From IMG/VR virus record IMGVR_UViG_3300038976_000010, positions 1 through 25,725 of that record: DNA of 25,725 bases, one strand, 5' to 3'. Positions 18,161 through 24,890 of this stretch are shown here, in pieces. Every line of letters begins with the position of its first letter. Position 1 is the first letter of the stretch. The translations under genes were made by a program, and so were the position numbers. The notes beneath the pieces are model-generated. The model worked only from the letters and a program-made list of their open reading frames with translations. It did not search any database and was not told the DNA's origin. This stretch comes from a virus (taxonomy: Duplodnaviria > Caudoviricetes).

Positions 18161-18552
18161 TTGGCCACATCCAGCAGGTGCGGCCGGTACCGGAAGCCAT
18201 GGCGCACCAGCGTCTCGACGGCTGGCGTCCAGTGCGTGAGCGACGTGCGGCCGGTCAGCAGGATCCGAGCGATGCCGCGCCCCCGATACTCGCGCTGGAC
18301 GTACACGTAGTGCGCCACCGCCTCCCGCGCCAGATCCAGGCACGCCCAGGCTGCGATCACGCGGTTCCTTCCCTCGGGGTAGACCACCAGCACGCCGTGC
18401 TTTGCGATGAGCCGGTCGATGCGCAGGCGCTGGAGCGAGTAGTAGTCGTCGCTGGCCATGTGCGGCTCGCTGGCGCGGTACGACTTCATCCAGCTGCTGT
18501 AGATGAACGCCACGTCATCGGGGCCGTGCGTCCGCTGGGCGAAGCCGCTCAC
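18157..18552 (-). CDS. GNAT-family acetyltransferase (131 aa)
   Basis: acetyl-CoA-binding motif A HYVYVQREYRGRGIARILL; GTGA-coupled start. Confidence 0.8.
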   Translation of the reverse strand: MSGFAQRTHGPDDVAFIYSSWMKSYRASEPHMASDDYYSLQRLRIDRLIAKHGVLVVYPEGRNRVIAAWACLDLAREAVAHYVYVQREYRGRGIARILLTGRTSLTHWTPAVETLVRHGFRYRPHLLDVAK

Positions 18553-18902
18553 GACCCACCAGCCAGCGCCGCGCGCAGCTCGGGGATGCCCATCGCCATC
18601 TCGAGTAGCTCGGCCTCGGTCTTGTCGCCCAATCCCCCGGGCCGCTTCCTCGCGCGCGCCAGGACGGCCAGCGTGCGGGCGTAGTTGGCCACCAGGGAGC
18701 CCTCTTCCCAGGTCATGGTCCGCTCGGTCGCGTTGACGATGGCGCGCAGGCGCCGCATGTCGCTGACGATCATCGAGATGGCCTCGTCGGCTGCCCCCTC
18801 GGCGTCAACAGAAGCCTGGCCATCTCCAGCAACACCGACGGCTCGCACCGGCTCACCAGGTTTCGGGCCTTGCGTCGCAGGTTTCTTCGGTCGGTCTGCC
18901 AT
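18549..18902 (-). CDS. putative terminase small subunit / hypothetical (117 aa, or 74 aa from ATG 18773)
   Basis: GGAGG RBS before ATG 18902; helical core and C-terminal LGDKTEAELLEM resemble TerS tails; upstream of TerL; function is inferred. Confidence 0.45.
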   Translation of the reverse strand: MADRPKKPATQGPKPGEPVRAVGVAGDGQASVDAEGAADEAISMIVSDMRRLRAIVNATERTMTWEEGSLVANYARTLAVLARARKRPGGLGDKTEAELLEMAMGIPELRAALAGGS

Positions 18903-19270
18903 GGTCGCGCCTCCCTTGCTCGGATTCGTGATGCGGCTGCCTCGACGTGCGCGAGCTGCTTGCGTACGGCGTCGCGGGTGATGCCCAACGCCTTGGCAAT
19001 GTCGCGCTCCGACACGCCGTCAGCGTGGAGCGCCCAGGCCCTGCGACCGCGGCGGATGGGCAGGTGCAGGATTGCCCGTCGGCGGTCCGTCTCGGCCTCG
19101 CCCAACTCGATGCGCTGGACCAGGCGCGCCTCGTTCTCGTCTGTTGCCTCGGCGTGGTTCACCAAGTGGCCACGGTTCGACAGCGGGCCGTCCCGATCGC
19201 CAGGGGTCTCCAGGTCCTGGAAGCCGCTGGCCTTCAGCTTCGCGGCCCACTCGCGCTCGAGCTTGGTCAC
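18770..19270 (-). CDS. sigma70 region-4-like HTH regulator (166 aa)
   Basis: LHLPIRRGRRAWALHADGVSERDIAKALGITRDAVRKQL matches the sigma region 4/LuxR HTH pattern; GTG 19270 overlaps the upstream stop. Confidence 0.7.
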   Translation of the reverse strand: MTKLEREWAAKLKASGFQDLETPGDRDGPLSNRGHLVNHAEATDENEARLVQRIELGEAETDRRRAILHLPIRRGRRAWALHADGVSERDIAKALGITRDAVRKQLAHVEAAASRIRAREARPWQTDRRNLRRKARNLVSRCEPSVLLEMARLLLTPRGQPTRPSR

Positions 19271-19545
19271 CGCGCCCTCACGCCGCGCCACTGCGGCCTG
19301 TTCTTCGGCTTGATTCGCAGCCACCCGAGCGGCTTCACCGCGGCTGCGATGTCGCGGTACAGCGGCGGGTTCACCGGCTCGCCCATCTCCGCACCGACCA
19401 CCAAGGCCACTGTGCGTGTCGGGATGCGCTGCTTGTCGTCGGCTCGTTCGAAACGCCGCTCAACGACAGCCCGAATCGCCTGGATTCGCGTCAGGCGCTC
19501 AAGGGCAGCGCGCGCCAGCCACTTCGAGCTGTGCATAACATGCAT
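19267..19545 (-). CDS. basic protein, possible winged helix (about 90 aa)
   Basis: YRDIAAAVKPLGWLRIKPKNRPQWRGV resembles a helix plus wing; stop coupled to the next gene; start ATG 19545 or 19536. Confidence 0.55.
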   Translation of the reverse strand: MHVMHSSKWLARAALERLTRIQAIRAVVERRFERADDKQRIPTRTVALVVGAEMGEPVNPPLYRDIAAAVKPLGWLRIKPKNRPQWRGVRAR

Positions 19546-19573
19546 GACCGCCGTGTGGCAGGAACCGCCAGAT

Positions 19574-19593
19574 TAGTCAAGCTTGCTTGACTA
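19574..19593. promoter_or_regulatory. perfect inverted repeat TAGTCAAGC-TT-GCTTGACTA
   Basis: 9-bp arms with a 2-nt spacer; carries TTGACT on both strands; upstream of the regulator/packaging block. Confidence 0.65.
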
Positions 19594-19606
19594 TCGTCGA
19601 CCCGAG

Positions 19607-19633
19607 GTTCTTGGACGCGATGTCCGTTAATTC
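19607..19633 (-). promoter_or_regulatory. 27-bp imperfect palindrome, copy 3 (minus strand GAATTAACGGACATCGCGTCCAAGAAC)
   Basis: 22/27 identical to the copy at 24512, in inverted orientation; lies in the large non-coding region. Confidence 0.75.
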
Positions 19634-19862
19634 AGCGCGGCAACAGCACCGGGCACACTCCGAGATCCATTTCCCAACCACGTTGTCGGAAAGAGACTCG
19701 GTCTATGATCGGTGCGAGTCGGAGGGGAGCGCATCCAGGCAGCTGCTGCAGTCGGCTCGGAATAGCTCAGCCTTCCCCAGGAGACCCGCCGCGTGGCGAT
19801 AGCTCCCAGCTTTTGCCGGCTCCGATGCAGCCCGGGCCATCCCGGCGTCGGATGCTCACGCG

Positions 19863-20045
19863 CTATCTTCCTTGCGCGGGTCCCCCTCCAATACGCGGCT
19901 TTGTCGCCGCACCTGCTTGTAGCTTCTCGGCTTCCCTGCTTGCCCTGGCGACCAGAACGATCGCGTTCGCACGGGCCAGCGCTTCATCAGCCTGGCGGCC
20001 AAGCTCGGCCATCGACAGGTAGATCTTCGGGCGACGGCGCTTCAT
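19863..20045 (-). CDS. hypothetical protein (60 aa)
   Basis: ATGA-coupled; last gene of the early block. Confidence 0.6.
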   Translation of the reverse strand: MKRRRPKIYLSMAELGRQADEALARANAIVLVARASREAEKLQAGAATKPRIGGGPAQGR

Positions 20046-20317
20046 GGCGTGTGATCACACGGGGTCAGCAGCCAGCATCGCTTGCAGCGCTTCCCAGCGG
20101 CGATGTCCCGCTGGATCCGGTCCTGCGCGCGCGAAGTCTCCAGCTCCTGGTTGACGGGCGGCCGACCGCGCGGCTTCGCGTCCAGGCACCCGCGCTGTCT
20201 CCAGCGGTAGATGGTGCTGTTCACCGTGCGACGGGTGGATCCGACAATCGTGGCGATCTCCGTGGGCGTACGACCGCCTTGCTGGTGCAACTCGATGATC
20301 TGCGCCGCCTTCGTCAC
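20042..20317 (-). CDS. HTH DNA-binding protein with C-terminal Cys/His cluster (91 aa)
   Basis: IIELHQQGGRTPTEIATIVGSTRRTVNSTIYRW HTH followed by PRGRPP; C-terminal CKRC...CDH; GTG 20317 coupled to the upstream stop. Confidence 0.75.
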   Translation of the reverse strand: MTKAAQIIELHQQGGRTPTEIATIVGSTRRTVNSTIYRWRQRGCLDAKPRGRPPVNQELETSRAQDRIQRDIAAGKRCKRCWLLTPCDHTP

Positions 20318-20595
20318 CGTCGACTCCCGTTGTTGTCGACGCGCTTCCAATCACTAGCCCGTGCGCCCCTTCCGAAGTCAGGCGAGGACGCCGGCATCTC
20401 ACGCCTCCGCTTCGCCTCGGCGACCAGCTGCTGTCGCGGACGGCTCAGCCCCCTTGCGATCAGCCCGGCGCGCTTCGCGATGCACGCCGGGCAGGTGATG
20501 AACCGCGTGCTCGCCGCGAATATCGGCATGTCCCGCTCTCCGCAGAGCGCCACGTCGATCTCGGGCCCGTTCCGGTAGTGGCGAAGCGGCGTCAT
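20314..20595 (-). CDS. small putative zinc-binding protein (93 aa)
   Basis: H...ALCG...ITCPAC pattern; ATG 20595 overlaps the micro-ORF stop. Confidence 0.65.
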   Translation of the reverse strand: MTPLRHYRNGPEIDVALCGERDMPIFAASTRFITCPACIAKRAGLIARGLSRPRQQLVAEAKRRREMPASSPDFGRGARASDWKRVDNNGSRR

Positions 20596-20675
20596 GGGTT
20601 GCACCAGCCCACCAGCACGCAGCCCCACACCAGCGCCACCATCAGCACGGCCTCGATGAATTCGTTCCACGTCAT
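20592..20675 (-). CDS. 27-aa single-pass membrane micropeptide MTWNEFIEAVLMVALVWGCVLVGWCNP
   Basis: absent from the ORF track; ATGA overlaps at both ends; GAAGGGAG RBS; exactly fills the gap between neighbours. Confidence 0.7.
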   Translation of the reverse strand: MTWNEFIEAVLMVALVWGCVLVGWCNP

Positions 20676-20920
20676 GGCTCGCTCCCTTCAGAAAGGCGGG
20701 TCACCGGGGGGGGCTCGCCGGCCTCGATCCGGTCGAGCAGCTGCGCGTAGAGCTGCTGCTTCAGCTGGTGCCAGAACCCGAGAACGGTCCGGCGCCGCTT
20801 GTAGCGCCAGGTCTTCGGGTCATCGTTGTGGACCCACAGCATCTGGCGCACCGCCCCGAAGGTCAGGCCGGTCCGAAACTCTTCGTACGGCGGAACCTTG
20901 TATTCGTAGGGAAACCTCAC
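20672..20920 (-). CDS. hypothetical protein (82 aa)
   Basis: GTGA-coupled to the primase; aromatic and basic. Confidence 0.7.
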   Translation of the reverse strand: MRFPYEYKVPPYEEFRTGLTFGAVRQMLWVHNDDPKTWRYKRRRTVLGFWHQLKQQLYAQLLDRIEAGEPPPVTRLSEGSEP

Positions 20921-21729
20921 GCGGCCCTGCCCAGCGCCGCCGCGACTTCCTCAGCGTTGCGGACCTTCGCTCGAGCAGCCGCGCGTGCGAGCTCGCCCAG
21001 CTGGCGGGCGGTCCCCCCCGCCGCGATCCAGTCCGAGACGTCGCCCTTCTCGGCCAGTCCGGGCAGCACCACGACCAGCGAGCGCAGGATCCAGGTCGCG
21101 GCCTGCATCGCGAACTGGCGCCCCGGCTCGTCGTTGTCCGGGATGATGACGACCGTTCGATCGCGAAGCGGCTCCGCGTACTCAGGGCGCCACGCGCCGG
21201 CACCGCCGGCGATGGTGGTCGCGATCAGGCCGAGCTTGCGGAGGTTCTCCACGTCCTTCTCTCCCTCGACCAGCAGCACCGGCCGGCCCTTGGCGGTTAG
21301 CAGCTCGGGCAGCCGGTACAGGACGCGGCGGACGTTGCCGAGCTTGTAGGACCAGCCCTCGCCCTCGGGCTTGCGCTGGCGGAAGCCCTTCGGATCGGTC
21401 CGCTCCACCTGGTAGAGCAACACGCCCTGCTCGTCGATGTAGTCGTACCGCGCGACCACCTTCACCGCGGCGGGGCCAGGCGCCCGGGGGCGCTCGGACG
21501 GCGGCCACAGCTCGCGCATTTGCACGCCAACCGCCTCGACGATGTCTTCGACGCGGCAGCCGGCGAAGCACTTGATCAGCATCGCGCCGGTGTCACCGAC
21601 GGTGACCGTCATGCTGCGCTTGTCGTCCTCGTGGGCGGGACACGCGCCCATGAAGTAGCTGCCCTTGTCGACAAGGCCGCGACGCTCGAACGCCGACCAG
21701 GCCGGCGCGGATGACCTCGGCGCGCTCAA
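20917..21729 (-). CDS. phage primase-like protein (Zn-binding + TOPRIM, 270 aa)
   Basis: CPAHED...CFAGC zinc motif; TOPRIM motifs LLVEGEKD and IIPDND, plus KGDVSDW; TTG start overlapping the helicase stop. Confidence 0.85.
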   Translation of the reverse strand: MSAPRSSAPAWSAFERRGLVDKGSYFMGACPAHEDDKRSMTVTVGDTGAMLIKCFAGCRVEDIVEAVGVQMRELWPPSERPRAPGPAAVKVVARYDYIDEQGVLLYQVERTDPKGFRQRKPEGEGWSYKLGNVRRVLYRLPELLTAKGRPVLLVEGEKDVENLRKLGLIATTIAGGAGAWRPEYAEPLRDRTVVIIPDNDEPGRQFAMQAATWILRSLVVVLPGLAEKGDVSDWIAAGGTARQLGELARAAARAKVRNAEEVAAALGRAA

Positions 21730-23453
21730 TAGAGATCCTCCCCTGGCTCGCGCTTCGTTCCGCCGATGATCGCCTCAACGGCCGACCAGTCGCGTTTGTC
21801 ACGGACGGCCTGTCGCACGAGGTCGGCTGTCGCCTGGTACATTCGCTGGCCGGCGATGCCGTGACGGCTCAGCCACTGCACCGTCTTCAGGTCCGCGAGC
21901 CCTGCTTTTTCTCGGGCGCGGATTGTCTTCGACAGGCGCTGGGCGTCCGCGTCGGTGAGCGTCGGCGGGACCGTGCCCATCTTCTCGAACAGGTAGCGCT
22001 TCATCCGCATCGATGGGGGCGGTGCGAGCGGGTTCGCCACGTCGGTCTGCGGCGCGAGCCCGAAGGCAGAGAACGGGTCCACCGCCTTTCCCCAGGCGAA
22101 CTGGGCGGCCTGCACGCGGATCACGCGCTGGGCCTCTGCCTCCCGATCCCGCTCGGACAGGCGCCTGGCGGCGTCAAGCGCTGCCTCGACATCCCCGCCA
22201 CCGTCGCGCTCCAAAATCTCCCGCGCCCGCTTCTTCGTCGGCTCGTCATCGAGCTTCCCGGCCAGGGCGTCGATCGGATCGGCCACGGCGTGCTTGCCGA
22301 GGTTCCCCACGGCGTCGAGGATCAGGGCGTCCGGCTTCGAGCTCGCGCGGATGGCCGCCCGGCGCTCCTCTGCCGTCGCGTAGGCGTCGACGTTCGCATC
22401 CTTGGGGGGTCGGCCGGCTCGGCCCATCTCCTGGATGTGGCGCGAGATGCTGCGGGTCGGGCGCCCCTGGTAGACGTACGCGATCCCCTCGTCGTCGTAG
22501 CCCTCGACGACCACGCCGCAGTTGCACAGGTGCAGGAACTGACCCGCCTTGTGGGCCCTGAAGATCTGGTTCTGCTCGTCCCGTGTCATCCCCCCGTCAA
22601 CCGCGCGGGCGCTCCCGGGCCGCATGGTATTGAGCGTCTTCGCTGCGACGTGGGCGATCTCGACCCGCGGCCAGTAGCTGACGCCGCGGCGGCCTTCGTG
22701 CAGGTCGTGGATGTCCTTGCACATCCCATGCAGCACCTCGGGCGTGAGCAGCCCGGCGATCGCCTCGTCGGTGTAGTCGTCGCCCGACTTCTTCAGTTTC
22801 GACAGGTCCAGGCGCTGGTGACCGGGAACCACGCGCACGCCAGCCAGCCACCCGTCTGCGATGGCCGGCCCCATCATGTAGTCGGCGCACGTCGCCTCGT
22901 ACACCAGCTGCATGGCCTTCCCATCGAGGCGCTGCGGCGTCGCGGACAGGCCCAGGATGCGCGCCCGCTCGAAGTACGCGATGATCCGGCGGTAGCTCTC
23001 GGTGACGCTGTGGTGGGCCTCGTCGCAGACGATCAGCGAGAACTTGGCCGGGTCGAAGGTCTTCAGCCGCGCCTCTGTCATCGACTGCACCGTGGCAACC
23101 ACCACGCGCGCGGAGGGCAGCGCCCGGACCGGCCCCTGCTCGCGGTAGACGTCGACGCCGAGCATCCCCGGCAGCTCGTCGCACATCTGCGTGACCAGGT
23201 TGTCCCGCTCGTTCAGCCACAGGCACGCGCCGCCCTTGTCGAGCGTGCGCGCCATGACCTGGGACGCCGTGAACGTCTTCCCCGTCCCCGTCGCCATCAC
23301 GGCCAGCGTCGAGCGCAGGCCCTGGCGGTACTGCGCGATCGCGGTGTCGATGGTCGCCCGCTGGTAGGGGCGCGGCGTGCGCTTCTTCGCCGCGCCCCGT
23401 GCGTCGCGCAGCATCGGCGCCGGCCCGAACAGCGATGCCTGGACGGCGGTCAC
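21726..23453 (-). CDS. superfamily 2 (DEAH-box, Res/UvsW/IRC3-like) helicase (575 aa)
   Basis: Q-motif PRPYQ, Walker A MATGTGKT, DEAHH, motif III SATP, VVEGYD and motif VI QEMGRAGR. Confidence 0.92.
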   Translation of the reverse strand: MTAVQASLFGPAPMLRDARGAAKKRTPRPYQRATIDTAIAQYRQGLRSTLAVMATGTGKTFTASQVMARTLDKGGACLWLNERDNLVTQMCDELPGMLGVDVYREQGPVRALPSARVVVATVQSMTEARLKTFDPAKFSLIVCDEAHHSVTESYRRIIAYFERARILGLSATPQRLDGKAMQLVYEATCADYMMGPAIADGWLAGVRVVPGHQRLDLSKLKKSGDDYTDEAIAGLLTPEVLHGMCKDIHDLHEGRRGVSYWPRVEIAHVAAKTLNTMRPGSARAVDGGMTRDEQNQIFRAHKAGQFLHLCNCGVVVEGYDDEGIAYVYQGRPTRSISRHIQEMGRAGRPPKDANVDAYATAEERRAAIRASSKPDALILDAVGNLGKHAVADPIDALAGKLDDEPTKKRAREILERDGGGDVEAALDAARRLSERDREAEAQRVIRVQAAQFAWGKAVDPFSAFGLAPQTDVANPLAPPPSMRMKRYLFEKMGTVPPTLTDADAQRLSKTIRAREKAGLADLKTVQWLSRHGIAGQRMYQATADLVRQAVRDKRDWSAVEAIIGGTKREPGEDLY

Positions 23454-23800
23454 CGGCGGCCCCCGAGGTCGCAGTACGCCTCGCCCGGGACGCAGGTCCG
23501 CGCGCTGATCCCGGACTCGATCCGCAGCGCGGGATCAACGTTGACGTCGAGCCGCGCCGCCGCTTCCATCATGACCCACGCCTTGAAGCGCGAGTCCTCG
23601 GCGAGCCGCTTCAGCGCTGTGCGCCGGTTCTGGATCTGCTGGCGCTGCTCCCGCGACTCGGCGACGGCGCCCGATGCTTCGTGTCGCACGCGGGCGCCGC
23701 TGCTCGTCTTGTTCTGCTTCTGGCCGCCCTTGCCGCCGCAGCGGAAGAACTCCCAGATCAGATCGGACTCGCCGACCGAGAACATCAGCGTGCGGGCCAT
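23450..23800 (-). CDS. stand-alone class I release-factor catalytic (GGQ) domain protein, peptidyl-tRNA hydrolase-like (116 aa)
   Basis: FFRCGGKGGQKQNKTSSGARVRHEASGAVAESREQRQQIQNRRTALKRL follows the RF-1 domain consensus (SGxGGQxVNKTxSAVRxxHxPTG...RSQxxNR..A...L); overlap-coupled at both ends. Confidence 0.88.
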   Translation of the reverse strand: MARTLMFSVGESDLIWEFFRCGGKGGQKQNKTSSGARVRHEASGAVAESREQRQQIQNRRTALKRLAEDSRFKAWVMMEAAARLDVNVDPALRIESGISARTCVPGEAYCDLGGRR

Positions 23801-24888
23801 CAGAAAGGAGACTCCTCATCCGCCGGCGGGACGGTGATTGGATTGCCCTCGCCGTCCTGCAGCTGCAGCTTCTTCGCGGCCTTCTCCGCAGCGACCTTCG
23901 CCGCCTTCGCCACCTCCTTCTCGCCGTCGGGGGCCGCGCCCTTCGAGCGCGACTCCGACACCAGCACGAACCCGCCGCGGCCGTTGGGCACCCGCGCCTG
24001 GGCGCCTCCCAGCTTCAGCTCGTCGGCGACGCCCAGCAGCGCGTCGTCTCCGACGTAGCCGATTCCCTGGCAGCCGGTGCACCGCTCGCGCCTGTGCATC
24101 AGCGCCTTGTCATACGGACAGACCGCCGCGGGAATTTCGCTGCGAACCGTTGCCGCCGCGGTGTGCACCACTATGTACACGCGCGCGTACAGGTGCGCTG
24201 CCACGCCCCCGCCGTCCTTCAGCGCCGCCAGCGCCCGCTGCGCCTGTTGCAGGTGCCGATCGGCCGCCCGCATCGCCTCCTGCGCGATCCGCACCGACGC
24301 GAATTCCTGCGCGAGGTGCTCCACCGGCACGCCCCACGTCTCGACGGGCGGGGCAAGCGGAGGATTCGTTCCGGTGCTTTCCTCCGGTTCCTCGGGCTCA
24401 GCCGCGCGCCGCTCAGCGGCCCGCACCGCCTCGGGCGTGGTGTCCAGCTCGCGCGCCACCACCTCCCGCGCCTTCGCCTTCTCGCTCTTCGGCCGGCCCG
24501 GCTGGCGCGCCGAATTATCGGACATTTTGTCCAACAACTCGCCTTGGACTTTCGCCACCCGCCGGGCGATCAGCTTGTCGCGGTCGTCCTGGCGTCGGTG
24601 CAGGTTCTCGTCGATTTCCAGGTCCAGCCGGTCCTTGTCGCTCACGTCCGTGGCGATGTGGCAGTTGACCTTCTTCGCCCCGCGTCGCATGAGCGCGGCG
24701 ATCCGGTCGCGCCCGGCGATCAGCACCAGCCCCTCGCGCTCCACCACCGGCGCGTGCATCGGCTCGTCACCGAGCAGCCCGATCGAATTCGCCAGGTCCA
24801 TCACCCGAGGGCGACCCATGCGCTCCTTGATGTCCCCGGGCACCTTCAACTTAGAGATGGCGAGGGACTGGTAGCCGACCCACCGCAT
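23800..24888 (-). CDS. ParB-like protein (ParB/Srx N-domain, HTH, C-terminal Cys cluster; 362 aa)
   Basis: DLANSI...PVV...LIAGRDRIAA (GxxR box) and EIDENLHR (ENLxR) motifs; HTH-like AREVVARELDTTPEAVRAAERR; CPY...CTGC; ATG 24888 lies 2 nt after the upstream stop. Confidence 0.82.
   Translation of the reverse strand: MRWVGYQSLAISKLKVPGDIKERMGRPRVMDLANSIGLLGDEPMHAPVVEREGLVLIAGRDRIAALMRRGAKKVNCHIATDVSDKDRLDLEIDENLHRRQDDRDKLIARRVAKVQGELLDKMSDNSARQPGRPKSEKAKAREVVARELDTTPEAVRAAERRAAEPEEPEESTGTNPPLAPPVETWGVPVEHLAQEFASVRIAQEAMRAADRHLQQAQRALAALKDGGGVAAHLYARVYIVVHTAAATVRSEIPAAVCPYDKALMHRRERCTGCQGIGYVGDDALLGVADELKLGGAQARVPNGRGGFVLVSESRSKGAAPDGEKEVAKAAKVAAEKAAKKLQLQDGEGNPITVPPADEESPF
24512..24538 (+). 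promoter_or_regulatory. 27-bp imperfect palindrome, copy 4, inside the ParB-like gene (GAATTATCGGACATTTTGTCCAACAAC)
   Basis: AT-rich island in a GC-rich CDS, encoding LLDKMSDNS with atypical codons (TTG TTG GAC AAA ATG TCC GAT AAT TCG). Confidence 0.8.
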
Positions 24889-24890
24889 GG

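Noticed and set aside
23450-23800. Release-factor gene as evidence of an alternative genetic code
   Set aside because: All genes read intact in the standard bacterial code, TGA, TAG and TAA are all used as stops, and the protein lacks a codon-recognition domain
16078-24540. 21-bp exact direct repeat as attL/attR or a DGR template/variable repeat pair
   Set aside because: No integrase or reverse transcriptase is in the window, excision would remove terL and split the parB-like gene, and two further degenerate copies plus dyad symmetry fit a protein-binding site better
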